A stretch of 64,000 nt of DNA from NCBI GenBank assembly GCA_963850225.1, contig CAWKLD010000002.1, positions 10,107 to 74,106 on the forward strand, given 5' to 3'. The notes under the pieces are model-generated. The model was given only the letters and a program-made list of their open reading frames with translations. It had not been told where the DNA came from and did no database searches. How positions within the stretch are numbered: position 1 is the first letter of the stretch; every line of letters starts with the position of its first letter. Positions 39,831-52,823 of the stretch are shown piece by piece. The translations under genes were made by a program, and so were the position numbers. This stretch comes from an uncultured delta proteobacterium (GTDB lineage: Bacteria > Desulfobacterota > Desulfobacteria > Desulfobacterales > Desulfatirhabdiaceae).

Positions 39831-41009
39831 ATGATAGGTATATCCAAGCTCTATTGCGGCACGGTCGAACCTTCGGACGCCCTTCGCTATAATCGAATGT
39901 CATCCAGCCTGCCGTCCCATCTGCTTCAGTTTTCAAGCGACAAAAAACCTGTGGTGGTCTGGAACATGACCCGACAGTGCAATCTTCGCTGCGTCCACTG
40001 TTACGCCCATGCCAAAGACCATGCCTCATCCGATGAGCTGAGCACCGCCGAAGGCAAGGCATTGATCGACGATCTGGCCGCTTTCGGATCCCCGGTGATC
40101 CTTTTTTCCGGAGGAGAGCCCCTGGTCCGCATAGACCTTCCGGAACTGGCGGACTATGCGGTTCAAAAAGGCATGCGCGCCGTCATTTCCACCAACGGCA
40201 CCTTGATCACGGCTGAACTCGCCCGAACTTTAAAAGCCATCGGCCTGTCTTATGTCGGCATCAGCCTGGATGGCATGGAAGCGATCAATGACCGGTTCCG
40301 GGGCGTCAAGGGCGCTTTTCAGTCTGCACTGAACGGCATTCGAAACTGTCAGGAAGCCGGAATCAAGGTCGGCCTGCGGTTCACGATCAACAAGTTCAAT
40401 TCAGGCGAGATTCCCAGCATCTTCAAGCTCCTTGAAACCATGGGCATTCCCAGGGCCTGTTTTTATCATCTCGTTTATGCAGGACGCGGCTCCAAACTGG
40501 TTGAGGAAGATTCCTCCCACGAAGAAACCCGGGACATTGTGGATATGATCATGGATGAAACCAAAAGACTTCACGACCTGGGGCTAACCAAGGAAATCCT
40601 GACAGTGGACAACCATGCAGACGGCCCCTATGTGTATCTACGGCTGCTCAGGGAGAATCCCGAAAGGGCCAAGGAAGTTTTGGCGCTTTTGAAGATGAAT
40701 GAAGGCAACAGCTCCGGAAGAGGCATTGGATGCGTCAGCTGGGATGGACAGGTTCATGCTGATCAGTTCTGGCGGCATTACAGTTTCGGCAATATCCGCG
40801 AGCACCGGTTTTCCGAAATCTGGTCCGATCTTTCCAATCCCCTCATGATGCGGCTGAAAGACAAAAAGCCCTACGTCAAGGGAAGGTGTGCAACCTGCCG
40901 CTGGCTGGATATCTGCGGCGGAAATTTCAGAGTCCGGGCCGAAGCCGTTACCGGCGATATCTGGGCCCCTGATCCGGCCTGCTATCTGACGGATGCCGAA
41001 ATATCCTAA
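39831..41009 (+). CDS. ahbC: radical SAM/SPASM protein of the alternative heme pathway (AhbC/NirJ-type)
   Basis: 392 aa. MIGISKLYCGT...LLQFSSDKKPVVVWNMTRQCNLRCVHCY N-terminus and C-terminal Cys cluster (CATCRWLDICGG). Synteny radical-SAM / hemB / radical-SAM as in Desulfovibrio. The AhbC versus AhbD assignment rests on size and is tentative. Confidence 0.65.
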   Translation: MIGISKLYCGTVEPSDALRYNRMSSSLPSHLLQFSSDKKPVVVWNMTRQCNLRCVHCYAHAKDHASSDELSTAEGKALIDDLAAFGSPVILFSGGEPLVRIDLPELADYAVQKGMRAVISTNGTLITAELARTLKAIGLSYVGISLDGMEAINDRFRGVKGAFQSALNGIRNCQEAGIKVGLRFTINKFNSGEIPSIFKLLETMGIPRACFYHLVYAGRGSKLVEEDSSHEETRDIVDMIMDETKRLHDLGLTKEILTVDNHADGPYVYLRLLRENPERAKEVLALLKMNEGNSSGRGIGCVSWDGQVHADQFWRHYSFGNIREHRFSEIWSDLSNPLMMRLKDKKPYVKGRCATCRWLDICGGNFRVRAEAVTGDIWAPDPACYLTDAEIS

Positions 41010-41100
41010 AAACCTGGAGTTGGAGCCTGAGATCAGGGACTTTTGTTTTTCTGGCTCCTGACTACTGCCCCCTAACCCCTATTATATACGAGGATCCATT

Positions 41101-43138
<2,038 letters not shown>

Positions 43139-43162
43139 GCCCTTTGATGGAAAGGATCGCCA

Positions 43163-43768
43163 ATGAAAATCAAATCCCTGATGATCACAAATCCGGTTAC
43201 CGTAACTGAAAATGCGTCGATTCAAAAGGCCATCGAGTTGATGAAGGAAAAAGGATTCAGACATCTCCCCATTGTAACCAAGGGCAATAAGCTGAAGGGA
43301 TTGGTTACCCTTTCGGATCTGAAGCAGGGATTGATCCCGGCCATGGTCGGAGACCTGACCCTGACGGATCTGATGATAGCCGACCCCATAACCGTTGCGC
43401 CGGATGATGATATAGAAACCGCTGCCCGGCTGATTTATGAACACAAGATCAGCGGCATGCCGGTCGTCAAAAACCTTAAGGTTGTTGGCATCATCACCGA
43501 ATCGGACATTCTTCGGGCCTTTATCGACATGATGGGGATTCTGACCGGCGGTTCCAGGCTGGATGTAGCGATTGGCGATCAGCCCGAGGCATTCAATCAG
43601 GCAGTCGAAGCCATTCGCAATCAGGGCGGTGAAATCATCAATATTGGCATGACGGCCCAGCAGTCAAGCTGCCGGGTTTATACTTTCCGTCTTTCCACCC
43701 TGAAAACCGCGCCCATTGAAAAAGCGCTTGTAAAGGCCGGGTTTCAAGTACTGAAAGACAAGGATTGA
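43163..43768 (+). CDS. CBS-pair plus ACT-like domain protein (AcuB-like)
   Basis: 201 aa. Two CBS repeats (MITNPVTVTENASIQKAIELM..., LMIADPITVAPDDDIETAARLIYEHKISGMPVV) followed by a small regulatory domain. Confidence 0.8.
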   Translation: MKIKSLMITNPVTVTENASIQKAIELMKEKGFRHLPIVTKGNKLKGLVTLSDLKQGLIPAMVGDLTLTDLMIADPITVAPDDDIETAARLIYEHKISGMPVVKNLKVVGIITESDILRAFIDMMGILTGGSRLDVAIGDQPEAFNQAVEAIRNQGGEIINIGMTAQQSSCRVYTFRLSTLKTAPIEKALVKAGFQVLKDKD

Positions 43769-43819
43769 TCAACAAACTACCACTGCAAGCACTCATTGCA
43801 AAATATCTATCGGGCTCAG

Positions 43820-43854
43820 CCCTTCAGATTCTAAAGAGTTTGAAGGGTTTTTTT
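43820..43854 (+). terminator. rho-independent terminator after the ahb/CBS gene block
   Basis: CCCTTCA / TGAAGGG stem (43820-43826 / 43841-43847) followed by T7 (43848-43854). Confidence 0.7.
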
Positions 43855-43912
43855 ATTGATTTTCTCACTTATTCCGTCTCTTGCCAGACGCCCCCTTCAC
43901 GAGGAGACTCCC

Positions 43913-44227
43913 ATGATTACAGCAGTCGTAGAATTCAAACTTCCACAAGCGATCACAACTCTGCAGGCCAAGGAGATTTTTTTGAGCACTGCACCCAAAT
44001 ACCAGGGCATGCACGGATTAATTCGAAAGTACTACTTTATTTCCCAGGACGGTAGCACAGCCGGAGGCATCTATCTATGGCAATCGCGCGAAGATGCGGA
44101 TCATCTGTATACCGGCGAATGGAAGGCATTTGTGCGCGGAAAGTATGGGTCTGACCCCGTAGTGAAATTCCTTGAAACCCCGGTCGTTGTGGACAACGTA
44201 TCGAAAGAAATTCTTTCGAATCCTTAA
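43913..44227 (+). CDS. YdhR-like (putative monooxygenase fold) small protein
   Basis: In-frame ATG 43913 within ORF 43856..44227. MITAVVEFKLP...TAGGIYLWQSREDADHLY resembles E. coli YdhR (AGGIYLF...). RBS GAGGAG upstream. Confidence 0.55.
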   Translation: MITAVVEFKLPQAITTLQAKEIFLSTAPKYQGMHGLIRKYYFISQDGSTAGGIYLWQSREDADHLYTGEWKAFVRGKYGSDPVVKFLETPVVVDNVSKEILSNP

Positions 44228-44289
44228 TTTCTGTGGATCAATCCGTTCATTGTTAGACTGCTTACCGTAAAGGTGAAGAGAATATATCA

Positions 44290-45214
44290 ATGCATCGCAA
44301 GGACTTCATGCTTGCATTATTGCTGATAACCATCTGGGGCGCAACTTTTACGGTTATCAAGATTGGCCTGGGCGGCGTGCCTCCGATGCTTTTGGCTGCG
44401 CTTCGTTTTGTTTTCGCGGCCTTGCCGGCGGTATTCTTCGTAAGACGCCCGGCAGTGAGTCCGCGGTATTGGATAACCTATGGGCTTGCGGTCGGCGTAT
44501 GCCAGTTCGGATGCCTTTTCTATGCGATGCACACCGGTATGCCTGCCGGAGTTGCATCTGTGGTCATTCAGTCACAGGCGTTTTTTACCCTTGCATTTGC
44601 GACAATATTCTTGCACGAATCGGTATCTGTCTCTCAGATAACAGGCCTCGGTATCGCATCTTTTGGTTTATATCTTGTCGGATATAACGCCATCGGGACA
44701 AGCGTTTTTGCCATTCCACCGGCTGCATTCCTGTTAACCCTTGCCAGCGCAGCGTTCTGGGGAATTTCAAATATAATCGTCCGAAAAGCAACGGCATCAG
44801 CCATCTCTCAAGGCAAACGGCTTGACGTACTGAGTCTGGTTGTCTGGTCCAGTCTTGTGCCGCCTGTTCCGCTTTTCCTGCTCGCGCTCCTTCTGGATAC
44901 ATCGGAAACTGTTATCGGAGCCATCTCAGCTTTGGATGGGCTTTCGGTGTTTTCCATCCTGTATCTTTCCTTCGGGGCAACGCTGTTTGGATTCGGCGCA
45001 TGGAGCAGGCTGCTGTCAAAACACCCTGCAAATCAGGTTGCGCCGCTTTCATTGCTTGTTCCGATCACAGGACTTGTCACTGCGTGGCTTGTTCTCGGCG
45101 AACAGCTATCGATGCTCCAATGGGGCGGGTTGCCTCACCGTGATTTTTGGATTACTCGTATCCACATTCGGATTACAGACGTTCCGTCGACTGGTGCCAG
45201 AGCGAGTGAGGTAG
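44290..45214 (+). pseudogene. EamA/DMT family transporter, one frame switch near the 3' end
   Basis: ORF 44290..45387 is collinear with the tail of ORF 44840..45214 (GEQLSMLQW | AGCLTVIFGLLVSTFG...). Switch in the G run near 45121-45130. Ten predicted TM helices, EamA repeats. Confidence 0.75.
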
Positions 45215-45405
45215 GCCATGCTTTGCGAATCTCGGTTGCCTGCGAAAGGATTCAAACTGAAGTCAAAGAAGAAGCAGTTCCAGGATATCTCAGCTACCTG
45301 AAGCACGTTGCAAAAGAAGAGAATATTAGAGAGATTCCACACTCACCAAGCGGGATGTCAACCCATACAGAAAGAGGCCACAAATAGGCACATGGAGGAT
45401 CTTAC

Positions 45406-46056
45406 ATGACAAAATATCCGGTATTTTTTATCTGTTTTTTACTGGCTATAACCATGATCGGTGCAGCGGTGGCAGACGATCTGCAACCCATCCAGCTTCT
45501 TGCGCCCCAGATCGACGGCGGCAAACCCCTGATGCAGGTTCTTCAGAAGAGATCAACATCGCGGGAGTTCAGCCCGGATGAATTACCGCCTCAGGTATTG
45601 TCGAATCTGCTCTGGGCCGCATATGGCATTAACCGTCCCGAGACTGGAAAGCGTACGGTTCCATCGGCAATGAACTGTCAGGAAATCGATTTATATGTCA
45701 GCATGGCCAGCGGCATTTATCTTTATGATGCCAGGACGAACCGATTGGAACCGATTTTAAATGAAGATATCAGATCCCTGACCGGCAAGCAGTCTTTTGT
45801 CAAAACAGCCCCTGTGAATTTAATCATGGTGGCGGATTTCAATCGAATGGGAAACTACTCATCCGAGAAAAAAGAAGCTTATGCCCATGCCGATGCCGCC
45901 TTCATCGGCCAGAACGTATATCTTTTCTGTGCTTCCGAGGGCCTGGCGACTGTTTTCCGGGCATCCATAGACAAACCGGCGCTTGCTAAGGCCATGAAAC
46001 TGCGGGAAGACCAGAAAATATTATTTTCACAAACCGTTGGGTACGGAAAAAAATAA
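45406..46056 (+). CDS. nitroreductase-family protein with signal peptide
   Basis: 216 aa. N-terminal hydrophobic leader, then LQKRSTSREFSPDELPPQVLSNLLWAAYGINRP, typical of the nitroreductase/SagB-like fold. Confidence 0.7.
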   Translation: MTKYPVFFICFLLAITMIGAAVADDLQPIQLLAPQIDGGKPLMQVLQKRSTSREFSPDELPPQVLSNLLWAAYGINRPETGKRTVPSAMNCQEIDLYVSMASGIYLYDARTNRLEPILNEDIRSLTGKQSFVKTAPVNLIMVADFNRMGNYSSEKKEAYAHADAAFIGQNVYLFCASEGLATVFRASIDKPALAKAMKLREDQKILFSQTVGYGKK

Positions 46057-46066
46057 AGGAAAAGCC

Positions 46067-46159
46067 ATGGACACCTATTTCATCCCCGCCGGCGTGACAC
46101 ACGGATGGAAAACCTTTGATGACCCGGCAAGACTTCTGGATGTTTCTGCGAAGTCATGA
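46067..46159 (+). pseudogene. 30-codon cupin C-terminal remnant
   Basis: MDTYFIPAGVTHGWKTFDDPARLLDVSAKS. It contains only cupin motif 2 (P-x-G-x2-H-x3-N/T-like) and there is no room for the rest of the barrel upstream. Confidence 0.3.
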
Positions 46160-46204
46160 CCAACGGCAAACCGGCGGTTTATCCTTTAACAATTATACAA
46201 CTTC

Positions 46205-47239
46205 TTAAGCTGAAAACCGGACCAAATCCTTTTTCACCTCATCTGCCCCGTCATCAGCAGCCCCGTTGCTCCGTCGGATTTTTCCTTCTTCCTCAAGATA
46301 CCGCAAATGGGAGAGGGCCTCCCCGCATGCAAACCATTTCTGGGCAACCGGGAATTCCTCCCAGGTACCGCGGATATCCCATGTCATCCTGGAAGCAACC
46401 GCATAGGCCGTAAGAGAAGTACCATCAAGAATTTTCCGGACTTCATCAAGCCGCTGTTCATGGTGTTTTTCGAGTTCCTGAATTCTTTTTGTACAGTTTG
46501 AAAATAGCGAGCGGTGCCCCGGAAGCACCCGATCAACGGCAAGGCGCCGGACTTTATCGAGGCTGTCCAGATAAAGCCGGAGAGGGTTTTCGGTGTCCGA
46601 CCAGCATTGGATGTTGGGCGTAATATCCCCCAGGATGTGATCACCGGCTATCAGCAGCCGTTGATCCGGTTCATACAGACAGATATGTCCCAGGGTATGT
46701 CCCGGCGTTTCGACGCATTCAAAGCTGTAATCGCCCACATCGATCCTGTCCCCATCCGTCAGAATGTGAAAGGCCGGTATCCAGTCCGACCCGAATCTGT
46801 TCCCGGGATGCTGCTCGATCGCCGTACGAAGCTCATTTTCCGGAAATCCGTTTTTGCCGGCAAAGGCGATCATGGGTTCAAATCCTTCCCAGGATTCCAT
46901 GATTTCGGCATCCGGCCGGCTGAAAAAAATCTCACTTGTTCCGGTCGCCAGGCGGTTCACCAGGCCGAAGTGATCGGCGTGAAGGTGTGTGATAAAAAAA
47001 TCCGTCCGCGACAGATCAATCCCCAGAGCGCTCAAACCTGTCTGCATGGCCGACATGCAGGTTTTTCGATTGAACCCCGTATCGATGACCAGATTCCGGT
47101 CTTTTCCTTTTACGACATACGAGTTCAGGGATTTCAGCGGACTATCGGGTAAGGGAACCTCGATGCGGTAGAGATTCCTGCATATTTCTTCGGGCATTAC
47201 AACCTCCTGTTGATTATTCCACAATTTCTGTATATCCAT
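46205..47239 (-). CDS. MBL-fold metallo-hydrolase with C-terminal winged-helix-like tail
   Basis: 344 aa. ITHLHADHFG (HxHxDH), ETPGHTLGH and PGH ligand motifs. Confidence 0.75.
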   Translation of the reverse strand: MDIQKLWNNQQEVVMPEEICRNLYRIEVPLPDSPLKSLNSYVVKGKDRNLVIDTGFNRKTCMSAMQTGLSALGIDLSRTDFFITHLHADHFGLVNRLATGTSEIFFSRPDAEIMESWEGFEPMIAFAGKNGFPENELRTAIEQHPGNRFGSDWIPAFHILTDGDRIDVGDYSFECVETPGHTLGHICLYEPDQRLLIAGDHILGDITPNIQCWSDTENPLRLYLDSLDKVRRLAVDRVLPGHRSLFSNCTKRIQELEKHHEQRLDEVRKILDGTSLTAYAVASRMTWDIRGTWEEFPVAQKWFACGEALSHLRYLEEEGKIRRSNGAADDGADEVKKDLVRFSA

Positions 47240-47375
47240 GGCCGGGAATACGCTTTATCTCCCTGCCAAATGATCCAGCGTGACATAATCATCTCGCAAT
47301 AACAATATCAAAATACATCCTGACTTGGAATCCCGCTTTCCACGGCATGCAGTTCTGTAGTATAATCGCCACGTC

Positions 47376-49923
47376 ATGAAATCATCCCCGCAAGCACCAC
47401 CAGCCGACAATCTTGACCGCCTTTCCGGCATCGTGGAAAGAGTCACCTTCCACAATTCGGAAAATGGCTGGTCGGTTCTGAAAGTATCGCCGTTCAACGA
47501 ACCGCATAAACTCGTCACCGTGATCATCCATCAGGCCAAGGTTTTTGCAGGCAGCTCGATGGATTTCTTCGGAACCTGGAGCTATCATCAAAAGCACGGA
47601 GAGCAGTTCAAGGCGGAACAAGTTGTTGAGAAAAAACCGTCGACCAGTGCGGCGCTGGAAAAGTATCTTGGCTCCGGACTTATCAAGAATGTCGGCCCCA
47701 AAACCGCGCACAAAATCGTGAAGCACTTTCACGAGCGGACCCTTCAGGTCTTTGAGGAGACCATAGAGGACCTTATGCAAGTGCCGGGAATCGCGGAAAA
47801 GAAGCTTACGGACATTAAAAACAGCTGGCAGGAGCACAGAGCAATCCGGGATGTGATGATATTTCTGCAAGGATACGGTATCAGCACCCTCTATGCCGTC
47901 AAGATATTCAAAACCTACGGAAACGACGCCATCGAAAAGGTTTCGGTGAATCCGTATCAGCTGGCGCGGGACATCTACGGAATCGGTTTTTTTTCCGCGG
48001 ACAAGATCGCGCTCAACATGGGATTCGAGAAAGACGGGGTACCCCGTATCGAGGCCGGCATCAAACATGTCCTGGCATCAGCACGGGAATAACGGTCACT
48101 GTTATCTGCTCGAATCCCAGATTATCAAGAACACACAGGAATTGCTTGAAACCGGAACGCCGGAGCAGATAACCGGCATACTGCTGTCCCTGATTGCCGC
48201 CAATGAGATCAAGAAAAGGCTTCTGCCCGATGAACATGGCCAGCAAGTCTCAGCCTATTATTCCAATTCCATATTCTTCGATGAACAGTACGTTGCCAAA
48301 AGAGTCAAGCAGTGGATTGCTCTGCCCGTTGTTGTTGACCAGACCCGGATAAACAACTGGCTTAGCCGGTATTGCCGGAAGCAAAGCATTGTCCTTTCCG
48401 ATGAACAGCAGGCATCTGTTGCGGGGATTGCAAGCAAATCATTTTCCATCCTGACAGGGGGACCCGGCTGCGGAAAGACAACCACAACCAAGGTTCTGGT
48501 GAAACTGCTTCAAGCCATGAAAAAGCGGGTTGTCCTGGCAGCACCGACCGGACGCGCATCCCAGCGGATGAGCGAGGTTATCGAATACGAAGCCAAAACC
48601 ATTCACCGCTTGCTTGAATGGACGCCAGGAAAAAACGGCTTTAAAAAAGGGGAAGATGACCCGCTTCAACTGGACTGTCTGATTATTGATGAATGCTCCA
48701 TGCTGGATATCAACCTGGCTGCGTCACTTCTCAAAGCAGTTCCCCGGAGTGCACAGGTGCTCTTTATCGGCGACCCGGACCAATTGCCGTCAGTCGGTGC
48801 AGGCAATGTGCTGCATGACCTTCTGCAGGCGCTCTGCGTGCCGGGTTTCAGGCTCACCCGGGTATTCCGGCAGGCCGAGGAATCCATGATTATCCGCTTT
48901 GCTCACCAGATCAACAAGGGGCAGATCCCAAGGATTGAATCCCCGTTTCATAAACCTGACCTTTGGAAAGATAAAGCCGGATGCATCTTTATTGATGCCG
49001 ATGAAGCCACACAGGAACAATTGCAGTTTCTGGGAAGGGCAAAGGCGGCCATCCGGCATACCGTCACCACGGGAGAGGAACAGGTGGTGCAATCGGGTGA
49101 TACAATCACCGGGGTGATGAAACGGGAAGAGGATACCCTGATGATTGACAGCCTTCTTGTTCAGGAATTCAGGGATTCATCGGAGATCCATGCTCCGATA
49201 TTCAACATTCCCGAAAAGTTCAGGCATGTCGATCTGCTCAAAGTTCATCAGGCGCAGGGAAGCATTGAGGAACTGAAAACCCTCATCAAGTCGATTCATC
49301 CCTGGTCAGCCCTTCATCATGGCGTAACGGGTCTTGATATGGTCCTCAGGCTCTACACCAGGTCTATCCCCGAATACTTTGGCAAGGATATCGAAATACA
49401 AATCCTGTCTCCCCAAGTCCGGGGCAGCCTGGGGACGGTCAATCTGAATCAATGCATTCAGCAGGCTGTCAATCCCGAGCAGCCGGGTAAGAAACAGATT
49501 AAGATCGGCGAGCGCGTCTACCGGGAAGGCGACAGGGTGATCCAGACCCGCAACAACTATGACCTGGGTGTATTCAATGGGGATATCGGCAGGATCACAA
49601 GCATCGACCTTGAAGACTACGCATGCCTGATTCAATTCGGTAAACAGGCCCCAATCGCTTATAGCCGCGAGGACCTGACCGAGATATCTCTTGCCTACGG
49701 GATTACCATTCATAAATCCCAGGGAAGTGAATTCGATGCCGTTATCATTCCCGTTGCCACCCAGCATTTCAAAATGCTTTTCAGGAATCTTATTTATACG
49801 GGTCTGACAAGGGCAAAGCAGTTGTGCGTATTTGTCGGCAGCAGGAAAGCGCTTTCAATGGCGGTGAAACAGGCAGACAACCGGAAGCGTCAGACGGCAT
49901 TGCGTTTTTTGGTGATGAATTGA
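47376..49923 (+). pseudogene. recD2: RecD2-type ATP-dependent DNA helicase (SF1B), one frame switch
   Basis: ORFs 47376..48092 and 48067..49923 are collinear. N-terminus GIVERVTFHNSENGWSVLKV and HhH motifs. Walker A GGPGCGKTT, DECSMLD, and C-terminus AYGITIHKSQGSEF. Switch near 48088-48092. Confidence 0.85.
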
Positions 49924-49967
49924 TGGATTCAGTATTTGAAATTTTCTATTGACTCAGGAGTGATGCG

Positions 49968-51047
49968 ATGATCAACGGGCATGGCGGAAATATATTTGAT
50001 AAAGCAAAAGATCTGGGCTGTGTCCCCATGGATATTCTGGATATGAGCAGCAACGTAAATCCGCTGGGCCCCCTGCCCGGCCTGATGAATCATCTTCATG
50101 AACACCTGGAGCAGGTCAGTGCGCTTCCGGAAGCCGGCGCCGGAAGCATTATCCAGGCATTTTCAAGCCATCACGACATCGACCCGAATAAAGTTCTGGC
50201 AGGAAACGGTACAACCCAGTTGATATATACACTCCCCCTTGCCCTGAAAATCAGACAGGCGCTGATCTTTGGACCGACCTACTCCGATTACGCCGACGCC
50301 TGCCGCATGCACGGGGCAGATTTTCGGTTTGCGCATTCGGACGAAAAGACATCCTTTTGCCATACCCTGGATGCAATGCATCCCGAATCCAGCGACACGG
50401 TCTTTATCTGCAACCCGAATAACCCGACCGGAACACTGATTTCAGCTGAAGCAATTGAATCCCTGTGCCGAAAGTATCCGCAGGTTCGCTTCATCATAGA
50501 TGAATCTTACCTGCCTTTTGTGCCGGAAGGCGAAGCAAAAAGCATGATTGGATCTCGCCTGCCCAACATCATCATTCTGAATTCCATGTCCAAGATCTTT
50601 CGCATTCCCGGCCTCAGGATCGGATTTGTTGTGGCGCATCCCGGAATTATCGAAAAAATCAACCATTACATGCTGCCCTGGAGTGTGAACACCCTGGCAC
50701 AGGCTGCCGTGAATTACCTGATGACCCAAAAACAGGAAGTCTCTGAATTCATCGAAAAGACCCGATCTTATCTTGCAGGAGAAAGAGAATTTGTCATAAA
50801 AGGCCTGCAATCGGCTCCTGGAATCATATTTTTCCCCAGCACCACCTCATTTATCCTGGCAAAACTGGACAAGCTCACCGCGGATGCCGTCTCCCGTCAC
50901 CTCTTGAACGACCGAATACTGATCCGGGACTGCGGCAATTTTCAGGGACTGTCCAGTAACTTCATTCGAATCTCGCTGAAAACCCGCGATGTGAATCAAA
51001 TACTGACGGACAGACTGCGCGCGTGCTGTGAATATGCGTTTTCCTGA
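49968..51047 (+). CDS. cobD: threonine-phosphate decarboxylase (cobalamin biosynthesis, class II aminotransferase fold)
   Basis: 359 aa. MINGHGGNIFD...LDMSSNVNPLGP start, NPNNPTG, the SMSKIFRIPGLRIG PLP-Lys motif and ILIRDCGNFQGL are collinear with Salmonella CobD as I recall it. Confidence 0.75.
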   Translation: MINGHGGNIFDKAKDLGCVPMDILDMSSNVNPLGPLPGLMNHLHEHLEQVSALPEAGAGSIIQAFSSHHDIDPNKVLAGNGTTQLIYTLPLALKIRQALIFGPTYSDYADACRMHGADFRFAHSDEKTSFCHTLDAMHPESSDTVFICNPNNPTGTLISAEAIESLCRKYPQVRFIIDESYLPFVPEGEAKSMIGSRLPNIIILNSMSKIFRIPGLRIGFVVAHPGIIEKINHYMLPWSVNTLAQAAVNYLMTQKQEVSEFIEKTRSYLAGEREFVIKGLQSAPGIIFFPSTTSFILAKLDKLTADAVSRHLLNDRILIRDCGNFQGLSSNFIRISLKTRDVNQILTDRLRACCEYAFS

Positions 51048-51272
51048 ATGAAACTCCACAAAATAGTCATCCATTGGTACAGCCGCAAATCGCCATGAAA
51101 TTGGGACTTTCAAATCATAATTACATCTGCGGGCTGTCGAAAATATTTTTCGTCTCGAGGGGGGAATGATGCCAGGGATTCTTGGTGCAGGACCGTTTCC
51201 TGCTTATGGTAGCGGCATATTTTTATATCGTGATGTGTTCAGTAAATCATGGACGTTTGGAGGATATTTTTA

Positions 51273-51908
51273 TCATTCCGGTTCAGAAGGTTTTTCCAAC
51301 GCGATATGTGATGGGGAAGATTTTACGCCGATCAGAATGGTTCCCAAGCCCTGTTCATCCAATCCATCGAAATATTGTTTCTTCAGGTAAACGTCACAAG
51401 GCGTGACCGGATTGGAACAGATAATTGTGTGGCAGGCGGCATTATCCTCGGGAATGCGCCAGTCCGCTATAATAGCCGGCGTCTCAAAACAGCATATTTT
51501 CTGCATGATATCCTGGGGAAAATTTATTTTGTCTTTGTAAAAGATAAAATTTTTATGCAGAAACCAGACATCTTTTCGTCCAGACAACTGAGCGATACGG
51601 TCTTTATCACGAATTTCTTCTCCGACTATTTCTCCGTCTTTTTTTACGATTAAAGAAGGTTGACAGCCCTGGCTAAAATCCATATCGGTCAGGGCTGCAT
51701 AAACAGCATCACAATCAAGGACGGCACGAACACCCGTGTTTACAACCTTTCCCAGCCCCATGAGCGAGTTATTCTCCGCATCCTGCTCGATATCCAGGAT
51801 GACCCGGCGATCCCCATCCGACAAGGGACTGGCTTTCACAATACCCTGAATCTTACCCAGCATCTTCAGCACGGCTTCGTTCAGTTTTGTATGATCCATT
51901 TTATTCAT
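51273..51908 (-). CDS. hypothetical protein with Cys-rich C-terminal half
   Basis: 211 aa ORF on the same strand as the methyltransferase island. Cys pattern KICCFETP...AACHTIICSNPVTPC. No family recognised (a DUF3786-like assignment would need an HMM check). Confidence 0.45.
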   Translation of the reverse strand: MNKMDHTKLNEAVLKMLGKIQGIVKASPLSDGDRRVILDIEQDAENNSLMGLGKVVNTGVRAVLDCDAVYAALTDMDFSQGCQPSLIVKKDGEIVGEEIRDKDRIAQLSGRKDVWFLHKNFIFYKDKINFPQDIMQKICCFETPAIIADWRIPEDNAACHTIICSNPVTPCDVYLKKQYFDGLDEQGLGTILIGVKSSPSHIALEKPSEPE

Positions 51909-52038
51909 AATAATCCGTCATGGTCAATCCGTGCCCCCTTGATACAGGGACGATTTCCGATCGTAAGCTTTTTCCAACTTCTGATTTGTCACGATATTAA
52001 ACCGCACCCGCATGAAAATCAACCGGCATTTCGCCGTA

Positions 52039-52574
52039 TCAGAAGGGCAGTTTGCCCAATGCCAACAGCCAGAAGGACGGAACCCACAAGCCCACTACGG
52101 TCCAGATGATCAAGGATGCCCCCAGGGCCTTGGCGGAAAACTTTCCATAACCATTGAGCCAGACCATGATATAAAGAACCGTATAACCGGCGCAGGCCAG
52201 GGCCAGGAATTTGCTCTGGCTAATAAGCTGTTTGCCCCCCGGCAGTACCGGACCGCCGTTCAATGCCAGGAACATGTAAACGATTGTTATGGGAACCAAG
52301 TCAGGCTGGCATTGGCCATGGTGCGGGTGTCTTCCAGGCCGGAATACAGGGTGAAGCCTACGATGCTGTAAAACAGGCCATAAGCAAAAAGCAGCGCGGC
52401 TATCCAGGGATCCTTAAAAATCGCTGACTGGATAATCGCAGATACGAGCACCAGGGCACCTACCATACAAACGAGCGCACCCGTTCCCTTGGCCTCGCCC
52501 TTCCCCAGCAGCAGAAGTCCCACAGGAACCCACATAAGACTGATTGCCATCAGTGTCGCCTCAACCATTTTCAT
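52039..52574 (-). pseudogene. AmiS/UreI-like small-solute channel, one frame switch
   Basis: ORFs 52287..52574 and 52039..52299 are collinear, about 175 aa, six TM helices. LLFAYGLFYSIVG and the C-terminal GLWVPSFWLLALG resemble AmiS (LLFAFTYLW..., TAWLPGLLLLG). Recalled similarity, moderate. Confidence 0.5.
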
Positions 52575-52823
52575 ACTCCTTTTTTATATTTTAAGAAAGA
52601 TAAATGGAATAAGCTATATTATCAATTATTAGCATCCATTCCCGAAAGGAATACTTCAAAACCAAACAACAGTCTAGCAAATCATTTTTTTCAAAAGCGC
52701 ATACCGTAAGTCCTGAAACACAATGTCATTCATTTGAAAGGATAGATTGTTGCCATTGAAAGCAATATGGCATTCAACACATGGTGAAATTTTGGCGACT
52801 TCAATTAATTTGGAGGTATGAGA

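Noticed and set aside
51166-51406. Two overlapping 74-aa plus-strand ORFs between cobD and the hypothetical gene
   Set aside because: They have no motifs and overlap the 3' end of the minus-strand ORF 51273..51908. They are likely non-coding.
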